DNA of 53,348 nt, the filler included, from Stramenopiles sp. TOSAG23-3 (Eukaryota): NCBI GenBank assembly GCA_900128585.1. It is 4 parts of 4 records of this genome, joined end to end, with 100 filler letters (N's around TTAATTAATTAA, not from the genome) between each part and the next. Parts side by side here need not be neighbours in the genome. Positions count along the whole stretch, not along the records: positions 24,684 to 49,086 come from LT642303.1; 3 more parts are not named here. One strand, 5' to 3'. A program made the position numbers and the translations under genes. The notes beneath the pieces were generated by a model. It saw nothing but the letters and a program-made list of their open reading frames with translations, made no database searches and had not been told where the DNA came from. Positions 30,934 to 43,400 of the stretch are shown piece by piece; position 1 is the first letter of the stretch, and every line of letters starts with the position of its first letter.

Positions 30934-33900
30934 ATGGCGAAGCGTGGCGGAGTGATCCAATTAGTGGGTCTCCTCCTGTTCCTTTGTTTGGCCCAGTGCG
31001 CTTTCTTTGTAGACGCTGCGCATCACAGGCGACGGGATGTGGAAGAAGATGATAGTGTCGCAGAGATAGTGGCACAGAATAAAACGATAGGTGGAGAAAG
31101 TGGTGCTACTGGGACGACGGATAATTTCTTGAAAGAAATAGAAGAGGTCGACGAGGAGGCAAACGAAGGCGTCAGGGCCGAGCAAGAAAAGTTGCAAGAG
31201 CGCCAAGAAGCGCTCGACGAGATCCAAGAGATCAAAGACAACACGACGGCGTTGGCGAAGGAAGAAATACAAGAAGATCGTATTCATGATAAAGAGTTGG
31301 AAGCTGCGGCCGAGATGGCGCTGCCAACGCCAGAGATTACGAAGGAGGCGCAAAAATCGTGGATCAAGCCCGTGGACTATATGATTGACCCTCACCCGAA
31401 GAAAATAAAGTGGAAGCCGTTGACGGACCGCAGCAAACTGTACGCCACTTCATACCCAACGCCTGTCGAGGGTGTGCTGGTAACACTGTACAATCCGCGG
31501 CCAGACCGGCTGTTTACGGTGTGGGACTACAGCCGGATCGCCAGCGCCATCAACGAGGTTGCCGTCCATAGTAGCGTTCCAATGGACAAGGAGACTAGGT
31601 GCTTCTGTTATTTGGTAGCCCAGGCGACGCTGAAGAACCACCCCAAGTGCGTCTGCACGCACCCTGCCTTTCCGCTGAAGGAGGAGCAGAAGACTCCCAC
31701 CCCATTGCCGTCTTTCAAAAAGGTTATAAAAGCTGCAAACGAAGAAGACGTCAAGGCCCACATCGCCAAAAGCAAGAAGATGGCGAGCGAAGCGAGGGTG
31801 AAAAAGGAAGCGGCGAAGGAGCGCAGGATTGAACTGATTCACGAACGTTTGGAGCAACACCGGGAAAAGGTCCATGAGACCCGTGCAAAGCGGTTGAGCG
31901 GCGAACTAAATGCGCTCGAAAACTATGGCTCAAAATTCATGGTTCAGAAATTAAAAGAGTCCAGGAAATCCCAAGGGGAGAACGGGGGGCCGTTCCGCCC
32001 TGTCCCAAAGCCGGTCGTTGTGCACAAGATACAGGAAACAGAAGCAGACGTGAGGACGCTGATGGGGGCACTGGCAATGCAACGCACGGAAGTTGTTGCG
32101 AGGATCAAAGAATATGCACGGTTGAACAGGATGGCAACGAACGACCTGGAAGCTGCAGGAAATTCCGCGCATTTCCTTGGGAATGTTATGAGTGCAAAAT
32201 ACGAGGCCCTGGTTGGCAAGTACATGGCAGAAACCCCTTTGAACTACACAAAGAACTTGCCAAAAATCTTGGAACATGCCGACGAAGAGACGAGGCCAAC
32301 CATAATTGCGTGGCTCCTGCAGAAGCAGAACGAATCGTGGGCGAGGCAGGTGAACGAGACAGAAGCCAGGCTTACGAGACTGCATGAACGAATGGGGCTG
32401 AAAGAGGAAGAGTTCAAAGCGTTCAGAGCAAAGCCAATGAAAATGTGGCTGATGGAAGACCGTGAATATGTAAGGCTGGAGCAAAACCACAAGCGTGTGT
32501 CAGAGCAGTTGCTGAAGGCCCAAAGGCATTACGCCCACGAAAGCAGGCATGCTATCGACGAAGAGACTGCCAAATCGCAGGAGCAGAGGAAAAAGGCGGA
32601 AGAGACCGAAAAGCTGGATAGAAAGATGAGAAGCAAACTGGCGGCCCTGCATGCAGAAATGGCCCGAAAGGAAGAAATGCGCAAGCAGGCAGCTGAGCAG
32701 GCCGCCAAAGCGCGAGCGGTTGGTTTGGCAAGGAAGCATGGGGTCGCCATCGACATTTCGCCGCAACTGAACCGTTTGAAGATCATGCGCAGCAAGTTAG
32801 AAGAAGCCACGAAGTCCCTAGAAAGGGAGTACAAGGCCCGGGAGACATCGTTGGGCACGTCAGGGACGGGAGACGAAGTCTGCACAGTATGCAAGAAAGA
32901 AGACCAAATCTTCATTTTAGAAAACGAGATTTTAAAGGATATGGATAAATTGAGATTATGCAAGGCAAAGCCGGCCGAGTTTGCCCCGGGCTGTGCAGAA
33001 ACCATTCAATTCGAAATAGACAGGCTGCAGCAAGAAGTAAACCGCCGTAGGGCGTTGCTGGCAGAAATGATAGTGGAGTACAGGCAAGATTTGTCTGCGG
33101 TCAAGACGCAAATTAAAGATTGTCGGGCGCGAAGCAGGGGCTGCCCTACGAAAGAACAGCAAAGTCTCCTGTTCAAACAAAAGAACGTTGAAGACATATT
33201 AGAAAAAATGGAGAAGCGTGACCAGCAGCGCACCATTCTCAAGATTTACCGCTGCCTGTACGATCATAGAGAAATCGAGGTTCACCGTGTGGACACCATG
33301 TTTGGTGCTCCGCAAGCCCATTTTTCAACGGGCTGTCCAAAACTTGAGAAGTTTGTTACCAAAATTCCCAGCACCAAGAACCTTTTTCAGTGCATATGTG
33401 CAGATTACGACAAGACTGATGTGCTCGCGAAGAAGGTGTCCAACACCGAGGGTACACTTCGTGCAAAGGCACAGTTAGAAGAAGCGACGAAGGTGTACCG
33501 GGAGAAAAAGAAAGAAGAAAAGGCCGAGGAGCAGCAAGAAGCAGCAAAGGAGGTCTTGAAAGAAGAAATAGTTGATGCCCTGAAAAACGGTGATATTCAA
33601 ATCACCAAGGGCGCCCACAATGTAGACGACATTGCCAAGCGAGCCCGCATGAAGCTTAAGTCAGAGATGTCGCCGTCAGCGTTCAAGGAGCGCGAGAAAA
33701 AAATAGTCAAACAGGCGCTAGCGCACTCCAAGGAAAGGCACGAGGGCAGGAAAGGCTGCGACAAGCCAAGCTGTGCCGACATGAAGGGACCCAAAATTCC
33801 ACCTGAGCTTATGGCCAAATGCATGTCAAAGATTTCTAGTTCGGCCATCCAAGCCAATCTGAAGAAGGCTTTCGACGCTGGCACTCACGAAACTGGGTGC

Positions 33901-33987
33901 GCGTTGCTCTCCTTAGCCTCAAATTCTGTTTTGCGAGACGCGCACGATTGTTTGTGCCCCAATAGTGTACCTGGGAAAGGTGTGTAG
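30934..33987 (+). CDS. secreted coiled-coil protein with Cys clusters, unknown function (about 1017 aa)
   Basis: ATG 30934 starts a signal-peptide-like MAKRGGVIQLVGLLLFLCLAQCAFFVDA. Long E/K-rich helices are interspersed with Cys motifs (CFC..CVC, CTVC, CIC, CLCP). Confidence 0.8.
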   Translation: MAKRGGVIQLVGLLLFLCLAQCAFFVDAAHHRRRDVEEDDSVAEIVAQNKTIGGESGATGTTDNFLKEIEEVDEEANEGVRAEQEKLQERQEALDEIQEIKDNTTALAKEEIQEDRIHDKELEAAAEMALPTPEITKEAQKSWIKPVDYMIDPHPKKIKWKPLTDRSKLYATSYPTPVEGVLVTLYNPRPDRLFTVWDYSRIASAINEVAVHSSVPMDKETRCFCYLVAQATLKNHPKCVCTHPAFPLKEEQKTPTPLPSFKKVIKAANEEDVKAHIAKSKKMASEARVKKEAAKERRIELIHERLEQHREKVHETRAKRLSGELNALENYGSKFMVQKLKESRKSQGENGGPFRPVPKPVVVHKIQETEADVRTLMGALAMQRTEVVARIKEYARLNRMATNDLEAAGNSAHFLGNVMSAKYEALVGKYMAETPLNYTKNLPKILEHADEETRPTIIAWLLQKQNESWARQVNETEARLTRLHERMGLKEEEFKAFRAKPMKMWLMEDREYVRLEQNHKRVSEQLLKAQRHYAHESRHAIDEETAKSQEQRKKAEETEKLDRKMRSKLAALHAEMARKEEMRKQAAEQAAKARAVGLARKHGVAIDISPQLNRLKIMRSKLEEATKSLEREYKARETSLGTSGTGDEVCTVCKKEDQIFILENEILKDMDKLRLCKAKPAEFAPGCAETIQFEIDRLQQEVNRRRALLAEMIVEYRQDLSAVKTQIKDCRARSRGCPTKEQQSLLFKQKNVEDILEKMEKRDQQRTILKIYRCLYDHREIEVHRVDTMFGAPQAHFSTGCPKLEKFVTKIPSTKNLFQCICADYDKTDVLAKKVSNTEGTLRAKAQLEEATKVYREKKKEEKAEEQQEAAKEVLKEEIVDALKNGDIQITKGAHNVDDIAKRARMKLKSEMSPSAFKEREKKIVKQALAHSKERHEGRKGCDKPSCADMKGPKIPPELMAKCMSKISSSAIQANLKKAFDAGTHETGCALLSLASNSVLRDAHDCLCPNSVPGKGV

Positions 33988-34112
33988 AACTTGGGGGGAA
34001 AGTACTCTTTAACTTATTTTTTAACTTAATAAGGAAGAAAAAAGACATTGTAATTATACTAAGTGCAAAAGATAAATAAAACCGCCGCCACCAGCTCTCT
34101 GTGATCGCTTTT

Positions 34113-34421
34113 TTATCCAACAACAGCTTGTTCAATACCGTGTTCTGATGGATTTGGTACCACCTTTGAATTTGAGCCTCTATTTGGTGTACGCTTTTGT
34201 TTTTTTGTTCTGTCAGCATCTTCTTCTCGTTTCATATACGCAGCAAGCCATGCTTGCTGCTCACCAGCTACCATTTCTTCGATTCCGTTAACGAGTCTAT
34301 TAATGTTGTACTGGCTAGCTTTCTCAACTTTTGTCAATGAATTCCACCACAAAATCTGGTTCTCGATTGCGGCTATAATGCCATTGTACCTCATCAACTT
34401 CTTCTTGTGATATCTCTCCAT
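34113..34421 (-). CDS. small hypothetical protein (102 aa)
   Basis: ATG ORF whose position fits the local convergent/divergent gene pattern; no recognisable domain. Confidence 0.4.
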   Translation of the reverse strand: MERYHKKKLMRYNGIIAAIENQILWWNSLTKVEKASQYNINRLVNGIEEMVAGEQQAWLAAYMKREEDADRTKKQKRTPNRGSNSKVVPNPSEHGIEQAVVG

Positions 34422-34940
34422 AAGAGTCGTCTAATACACTGAATAACCTAAAGCCAACCTTTTTTTACTACAAAAAAAGTTTGAAGTATGAACAATATAA
34501 TGTTGGAGTTAGGGTTTATGCTACTTGGACAGCAAATCATCATCATCATCATCCTCTCCAATCAATAGTCCGTCCATCATCTTTTTTTCTTCTTCTTCAT
34601 TATTCATCAACATCATCATCACATCATCATTAATAAATACGACCGACGGAGGAAGGAAGGAAAAAAGAAGAAGAAGAAGGGGTTCGTTGTTCATCGTCGT
34701 GTATTATTATTATTATTTTCTCTTCTTCTTCTTCTTGTTGCTGCAAAGTTCGCGAATAATCCACACAATATAGTATACACAGACAGGAATCATAAAAACA
34801 TTTGTCCAGAATTGGATCGTTTGCATTCAATGATCACACACTCGGCATAACTAAAAATCTAACGGATTGATAGTTTTAAACAAAGAATTGTTTTTGTTGC
34901 GTAAAAGTACTGCTATAAATTCAATCCTTGCGCGTGCCAA

Positions 34941-36614
34941 ATGTCGACGAACGAATCGAGTGTTGTAGCTAATTCACCGAGCGCGCCCGCTGTGGGGGGC
35001 GCGGTGCCAAGTAGTCGGGGGCAGCCTGGTAGCTCAGGTAGACCGGCTCCAACTGGACTGATGGCGCGTTTTGGCTCTTCCGTTTTAGGGTTGTCCCCAG
35101 TGACGTGGGCACTACTGGCCTCTGCTGCAGGCATGCAATATTTCGGGAGTGCCGCCGAGGAACCTGTAAAGGAGCGTGCTGAGAAGACCGAAACCGAACG
35201 CGTGCAAGAAAATGCAGGAATGAATGTAGATTTTTTGGGTCAAATCAAGACGTGGGCGGACCAGTATGTCGCCAACAAACAGATACCTGGTATGGTGGTT
35301 GGTATATCGCACAAGGGAAAACTAGTATACAACGAAGGATTCGGCGCGTACTCCACCGACTCGATCCTGGCTATAAAGGAAATGGGACAGCTAATCGTGA
35401 CCGCTGCTTGCTTGACTTTGGTAGACAAAAATAAACTCTCGTTGGATGATCCTGTGTCGAAATACATCCCTTCGTTTTCAAACTTTCGGGTTTTGAAGTA
35501 TCCATTTTTTAAAGAATCGGCTGGGGTATGGGCAACTGAGCCCTTGAGGTCGCCTATTTTAATCCGGCACTTGTTGAATCATACATGGGGCTTTCCCTCC
35601 GGGCGGCCCTTCCACGCAAGTGAAGAAGCGATAGCACACATGGACAGGGAGGTAGACAGCAAGTTTTCGAAATTAGAGCCTGGTAAAACTGAAAACGACT
35701 TTGCGAAGATGGCAAACGTCCCGCTTCTGTTTCAGCCTGGGAAAGGGTTTCGCAAAACCGTCGGTGTTGACGTGCTCGCGCACATCGCGTGCAAAATCAG
35801 TGGCACACCACTGGACCAATTTGTGCAAACGACTATTTTGGACCCGTGCCGAATGTCAGAAACCGGGTGGTTCGTAACGGCAGAAAACAAGGCAAGGGCA
35901 ACACCTCAGTATTTAGCTGTGCCGGCGTATACAGGTACAATGGGTCTTGCGCTTACAGGAAAAGACGAGGGTCACACCTCGTGGCTCGGGTGGCGAATTG
36001 CGGAAACGAAACGGAAAGCTCCGATAGGGAAACCATACCAAGGCCGGGTGAATAGCAATGGTATTTACAGCACTTGCGAGGACGTCATGAAATTTATGCG
36101 CATAATAAAGAGCGACTTTGCCGGTACCATTTTGTCTCAAAGAATGGTCAGTATGTTAACTACAGACTCTTTGAAGGGCCAAGCGCTGTCCGACAAAGAT
36201 TTCAACACACATGGGAGAGACACGGCCAACTCGGCAGGTTTTCACCCAAGTCTTGGCGCCAGTTCTCCTGGCCAAGGCATGGGATACGGTGGAACATGTA
36301 TAGTAGTTGACCCAAGTACAAGTGCTATTGCTGGATCGGCGGGGACCTTTTCCGTTATGGGGGACATGGGAACGGAAGTGTGGCACGACCCGAAGCAACA
36401 AATTTCAGTTTTTGTAGGTACTCAGGTTGCCCCTTTCCACGCATTCCCACAATTGAGGCAAGAGTTGGCTGCCTATGTGTACGGCAGTTTACTCCCGAAG
36501 GCAGCTCTGCCGTTCTTTGTCCTGCCCGACCAAAACCAGCCGACTACAATGATGTCCTCGATGATGAATATTGCCATGTATATGATGATGTTTATGCCCA
36601 TGGGGGGGCTCTGA
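34941..36614 (+). CDS. beta-lactamase/serine-hydrolase (class C / esterase family VIII) fold protein, catalytic motifs degenerate
   Basis: IPGMVVGISHKGKLVYNEGFG, LVDKNKLSLDDPVSKYIPSF, IRHLLNHTWG, PLLFQPG, ILDPCRMSETGW, GIYSTCEDVMKF, G..GTEVWHDP. The SxxK position reads EMGQ. Confidence 0.88.
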   Translation: MSTNESSVVANSPSAPAVGGAVPSSRGQPGSSGRPAPTGLMARFGSSVLGLSPVTWALLASAAGMQYFGSAAEEPVKERAEKTETERVQENAGMNVDFLGQIKTWADQYVANKQIPGMVVGISHKGKLVYNEGFGAYSTDSILAIKEMGQLIVTAACLTLVDKNKLSLDDPVSKYIPSFSNFRVLKYPFFKESAGVWATEPLRSPILIRHLLNHTWGFPSGRPFHASEEAIAHMDREVDSKFSKLEPGKTENDFAKMANVPLLFQPGKGFRKTVGVDVLAHIACKISGTPLDQFVQTTILDPCRMSETGWFVTAENKARATPQYLAVPAYTGTMGLALTGKDEGHTSWLGWRIAETKRKAPIGKPYQGRVNSNGIYSTCEDVMKFMRIIKSDFAGTILSQRMVSMLTTDSLKGQALSDKDFNTHGRDTANSAGFHPSLGASSPGQGMGYGGTCIVVDPSTSAIAGSAGTFSVMGDMGTEVWHDPKQQISVFVGTQVAPFHAFPQLRQELAAYVYGSLLPKAALPFFVLPDQNQPTTMMSSMMNIAMYMMMFMPMGGL

Positions 36615-37017
36615 AATGCGTTCTGGGTAATGGTATAATCCGTCGTTGGTAATGGAGACAAATAGATAGAACGAATCAAGCAGTGGGCGGTTCGGTCGAA
36701 GCAATATGTTCGGGTGCATCAGCGTGTTGGTATTTGACGAGAAAAGAGGTGAAAGAAACGTCTCCTTTTAAAATCTGATGTGTGATAAAATAATCTTAAA
36801 AGGACAAAGCTTTTTTTAAAAAAAAAAAAAGTATAGTATTTTATAAAAGAGAAATTAATGTTTTCAATTCTTAAGTTTAGTATCTACACTGGCTCACAAA
36901 TCGCGTGTTTTTAACACACTATGTTTTATTAATCCAATTTAATTTACAACAAACAGTGACACTGTCTCCAGGCAGAGAGCGAACCCCTTCTACCACAGCC
37001 AGGGCGTGTTTCAACAC

Positions 37018-37494
37018 TCAATCTTGTTTCTCCCCGTCGGTCTGCTGCAACCGAAGAAACCCGGCCGTTTGCCTATCGATAAAGTGGTACAGTGCCCGCT
37101 TTGCCAGCCAAATTTCAACCACCAAAAATATAAGCCCTACAACACCAAGCGGGAACTCTACGGGGTATCGTATAGTTTGTCCAAAACTAAGGTACAAAAG
37201 ACAAGGTGCTTGTGGGAAACACGAAAAGAGAACAAAAGCAGAGAGCTGGGGTACTTTTTCCTTCAAGTTTCCATGGTATCCGAACCAACAGCGAGCGATT
37301 TCTGTCCCACACCATATAAATGTGCTGAACGGCATGAGAAAGGATTGGGTGAAGTCTAAGTTCTGCAAATTGAACGATTTGTGCGCCGACAGATAGACCA
37401 GTATAATCCCATACACTAAAGAAAACCAAGCGTTGTAGTAAAGACACAACTGCAACGGCAGACTGCCATTTAACTGTTTCGAAGTGGGCGCCAT
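37018..37494 (-). CDS. TMEM17: ciliary transition-zone transmembrane protein, TMEM17/TMEM216 family
   Basis: SLPLQLCLYYN and EIARCWFGYHGNLKEKVPQLSAF...QAP, with four hydrophobic segments. Confidence 0.85.
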   Translation of the reverse strand: MAPTSKQLNGSLPLQLCLYYNAWFSLVYGIILVYLSAHKSFNLQNLDFTQSFLMPFSTFIWCGTEIARCWFGYHGNLKEKVPQLSAFVLFSCFPQAPCLLYLSFGQTIRYPVEFPLGVVGLIFLVVEIWLAKRALYHFIDRQTAGFLRLQQTDGEKQD

Positions 37495-39463
37495 CTACCC
37501 TTCCGTTCTTTCCTACCAAACTACAGTCTGTGTGAATCCCTTTTAGCGGCTGTGGTTAATTATCGGAACAAGCGCCAACACGTCCTTCCCTGTCGATTTT
37601 AAATCATTTTCCTTCCTGGCGCATTCAAACAGAAACGGTGGGAAAGCGGTATGTTACGATTTATAAAACCAATGAATAGCTAAGTAGAGATAGAAGAAAG
37701 AAGAATTATTACGAAGAAGTAGTAGGTGTAGTAATAATAATAATAATACTATATACTATATCGATCTACTATAGTCTGTACTACTAATAATAAAAACCAG
37801 TTAAGTTCGTTAGTAATAAAGTTAAATAAAATAATTTAAAGAAGAAGGAAGTTTTATAGTTAGTTATATATAGTTGTAATTTGTTTTAAAAACTGTTGCA
37901 CCTTACACCATTCACAGGCCCACAGTGAGGAAGAAAATGGAAGCAAGTGGTTATTTTTGTTTAATTCAATTTTTTAGTATAATAATAGGGAGTAGAGAGT
38001 ATGGGAAGGAGGTAGTAGGGTGTTTTTGAATTCTTTTTATTTAATTATAGAATGTTATATATTTAAATCCTATTTAATATTGATTTTAAAAGTATAATAA
38101 TTTGTACATTGATTGGAATAATAATTTGTTGCTGGAGAGAGAGAGTGTACAATAGAGTCCGTCCGTCCGTCCTTCTCTCTTCTCTCTTCTCTCTTCTCTC
38201 TCCTTCCGTCCTTCCGTTCCGTGATGACTTTTTTTTAGTGGTGAGTCGAATATGATATTTATAGTTAGTAATCCTAATAAGGAATGAAGAAGCTATTAAT
38301 TATATTTAGGGGGCTGGGCTCTGGGCTCTGGGCTCTGGGCTATTTTGATGACGTTTTGTTCTTCTTGTCTATTACGGGAATCTAAAATCTTAATCAGGGC
38401 TGCTCTGCTCCTTCCTTCACCTCCTTCCTTCCTTCACTTCCTTCCTTCCTTCCTCCCCCTCCGGTTGTTCTGTTGTCTGTCATGTGTGAGGGAGGTTGTT
38501 CCCCCGCTGACATCATGGATCGATCCTGGATAATTAAAATAGACGAAATGAAATTTGATAGGAGTACCTATATAGTATAATCAGAACGAACGTAGAAAGA
38601 ACGTAGAACGTTCCGTAGAGTTATTGAGTTATTTATATTGGCATAGTTCCAATAGTGTTACATCTAAAATTCTATTTTAGTTAGAAGGAAGATAGAAGAA
38701 GTGTGAAAGGCCAAAAAAAAGAAAAACATCGTTAATTATTTATTCCCCTACTATCCTTATGTAAAGAAAGATAGAAAACTGAAATTGAGTGCATTTTTAT
38801 ATTTGTATTCTACTTTAATATACATTAAATTACCTATTTAAATTTATACGAAAATCCCCAAACGTCTCTTCAAAAATATACTTCTATGTATAATCAGTAT
38901 ACGAAATAAAAAACAAATATTAATATAATAATAGTATTATTAATATGTATTTGATAGGGAAATAAAGTTGAAAGGAATGGATAGCGTCTTCAAGACGGAC
39001 GGAGAATGAATAAAAATTCATAATTAAGGATAGTTTATATATATAATTTTATAATAGTAATTATATACTTAATAACAAAACGTATCAAAATGCAAAATAG
39101 TTATTCCAATGCAATCATATATCCTTAATTATCTATTGGAACGACGCGATCTGGAAAGATTGTTTTTCATTATTAATTAATCAACACGCGCTTAGTACTT
39201 TACTTTTAACTCGTGCGTGAGTAATTTTAATTTTTGTATACAGCAGTTCTAGGGTAGACATGTTTGGCGTTTAAACAACAACTAGTGAAATCACAACAAT
39301 TTCTTCGTCGCTCTTAACATTAAGCACGTGTCATAGAGGTACAACTAAGACGCTCTTTTAACATTAGAACGGTGCAATACAGATATTGTAAGTTTCTGCA
39401 CGCCAGTACAAAAGAGTAAACTCAAACCACAACAACGGACTGAATTCGAGTGGGTGCTTTTAA

Positions 39464-40156
<693 letters not shown>

Positions 40157-40441
40157 AAGGTGTGCGCTGCCGAGATTTGCCGAGAAAAGTCAGCGCTGTG
40201 TTGGCGCATGGCTCATTTTAAAATTTACGTTTTGCAATAACAATATTTTACGAAATCTTATTTTCATTTTAACTTACAAAAACGAATAAAAACAAGTTGT
40301 TCCGTTCCGAAGTTCAATCCCTTACTTCCCAAAATTCTACGGTCATACATGATAATAATTTTTTTTTTAATCTCTGCTCTCTTTTTAATTATACACTTAT
40401 ATAAGAAATAAATTTAATTCGAAGAGACACTTTTGTGCTCT

Positions 40442-43400
40442 TTAAAAATCATCCTCTTCTCCAGCTTTCTCTTTCTCTTTCGCTTTCCTCTCCTTTTCCT
40501 GTTGCCTCTCCAGCTTTTCTTTGGCATCTCTTTCAACTTTGCGCTTGTGGCTGATCATGACGTACTCCATCTTCGTTGGGCAGCGTATTTCTTCCGAGGC
40601 AGAACTCCACTTCCCTTGGCCAACTTTATTGATCGCAGTCATACGAAAGACGTACGTCTTCCCAGAGGATAACCTTTCAGCCGTCGCAGTCATTTGCCCA
40701 GGGTCCAGTTCATCGAATATGACCCCTTCCTCCCATCGTCCAGTGCCAATTTCCATGTGACTGTATGCATACTGGGTAATTCGACCACCATTATGAAATG
40801 GAGCTTCCCATGTCAAATCGACAGTGTTCATGGTCTCTTCGCTGCACTTTGGGGGATCCATAACTTTCGGAACTTTCGCGCGGTCTGTTGGAACTTCGTC
40901 GCTGGGTTCATTGAATTCACTAAAGCCAATGTCATTCCCGGCACATAGAATAAATTCGTATACAGTCGAAGAGTCCAACCCTGAGATCAAGACGGAGCGC
41001 CATCCGTTGTACCCATTATCCTCGTCTTCGCCAGTTCCATCGCCTCGTGTTTTTGTGGCACGATCGCGCTTCAGCCGCTTATTCCGCTCGAACTCTAATT
41101 GGACGATATTCTGAGGGCAGTACCCTTGACACTCGTCGTCTACTAATGTGAGTTCGTTGCTTTCTGTAAACGTTGCGCCGACGCTTAGCCCCCCCTGTCT
41201 CCACCTGATTTTGTACGTGTGAACGGTGCCGCCGTTGTGGTACGGACGCCGAAAGTGAACCCGCATTTTTGTTGGCCCCTCGGAAACAGGGAAGGCCGTG
41301 TCCGGAGAATCGGGTGGCGAAATTGCTGTTCGGGCAATAACTGGACTGCACCATGGCCCTAGCCCTTCGCCGTTTATGGCGGCAAACTGGCACTCGAAAA
41401 ACGTCCCCGGCTCCAAAAAAGTGATCTCTCTTCGCCATGGCTGAATTGTTGAAATTCTGTATATCAGCCACTTCTCCGGTTCTTTTTCCGTCTTTTCGGG
41501 CGCGTCTGTTTTCGATGGTCCACGCAGCTCTTCTTCGTCTTCCTCTGGTGTTTCTTCTTCCTTGCCACCGTCTACTTGTTTTAGGCATGGCCTATACCTC
41601 AGTTTATACCCATTGATTATTGCGCCGTTGTCATACGGCGGTTTCCACTCGTAAAACAGTGATGTGACTTGCTTCTCTGTTATAGCGAATGTGTCTGGCG
41701 GCATTGGTATTGTTGCAGCTGTCGCGGTTGAGAATGAGGGTCGACTCCACGGGCCAATCCCCACTCGGTTAATTGCTGCAACTCGAAATTGGTACAGCAC
41801 ACCCGGCTTCAGACCAGTGACGACTGTTGCTAGGAGTGCATTATGGCCAGGCTGGGCATCCCCGTGGTCTTTCAACAATGCCTTGCGTTTCTTTCTTACT
41901 TCGATTTTCAACAGTTTTTTGCGAACGCGAAGCCGCCTTACTTCAATTTGTTTCATCCCTTCTTTGATTTTCATTTTTCTCAATTGCTCTTTTGCACGAT
42001 GTTTGATTGCGTGTGCAACGTCGGCCGCACCTTTCCTCGCGTCATTGATTTCGATGACTTTGTCGGGGAAATCACCAAAGCTACGAACATCGCCACCCCT
42101 GAGCTGCAATCGTATGTTAAGAATATGGGCACCCATGTCTTTAGGCTGACGCCACGACAGTGCAATCGATGTCTTGGTTACCGTTTCGACGCTTGGCGCA
42201 ACAATTCGCAGAGGCTCGGCGGCGTACGTTCTCGCCCACCGGCTAGGGGTGCTCCAGTCACTTTTTCCAATTTTATTAACAGCGCGCACCCGGACTTGAT
42301 AGCTTATACCGGGCGTCAGCTCGTCTATGTGGAGTTCTAGTACATCACACACACCCAGGTGAAAGGAGTGCCCCCATTCAGCCTCGAGATCGGGATTTGG
42401 GGCACCTTCGCGCCTTTCTATAATATATTCAATAATTTTCTCGCCCATAGCTGGAGGAGCTTCCCACGATATATCCATGAAATACTGGTCAATTTTTGTA
42501 ATTTTGGGTTTGTCTGGGGCATACGGCGGCACCGGTTTAATCTGCCACATTTTTATGAACGTGTCGAGGGAACTGGACAAAACATGGCCGCTGGGCAATT
42601 CGACTGCGTGATGCACGACGTCTGCGTGCCCGTGGAGAACTTTTAGCATCAACCTGTTCTTGACATTCCATATTCTGACGCTGTGATCAGCGCCCCCACT
42701 TATAAGCCTCTCGTCGTCGGGGGACCAAGTGACAGACATCACCCAGTCAGTATGGCCGGTGAGTGTGGACACCAGCGTGCCATCCTTCGGCTTCCATATT
42801 TTTATTGTGTGATCTACTGACCCCGTAGCGATACGCCTTCCCGATCGAGAGTAACGGCACGTGTTTATCCAGCCCGTGTGCCCAAACCACCTAACACCAA
42901 ACTTACGCATGTCGAAGGTCCTGATGAGCCCACCGCGGAGGGCAATTTCATCTATAGTATTTCTCTTGCGTAGGTCCCACATCTTTTTCGTTGCGCCTAC
43001 GCCTTTCTCGTCAACTTTGTCCTTATTTTCACTATTACTGTTTCTGTCGCTTTCGGCATCACTATTTTCGACAGTGCCATCGCTGCTTTCGCCATCTTTT
43101 GATTCTTTGTCGTCGTCGTCGCTGTTGCTAGGAGAGTAGTTCGCGTTTGGAGTGGCTGCTTTTCGGGCCGCTGATGCCGCTAATTTAAAATTTGCTACGT
43201 CTTCTTTGGCTTTTCTTTCTTTTTCCAATCGTTCCTTTTTTTCTTTTTCTGTCTCCATTCGATCTTCATAAACGGTATAATTGCCAGCGTTTACACGCAT
43301 TTTCCCAAAGAAACCTCTGTGGACCGGAACATATTCGGGCGGCCACTCTGTCTGGGGCAACCGCTGAAATATCTGTACATCCCACTGCTTTATAGTAGGG

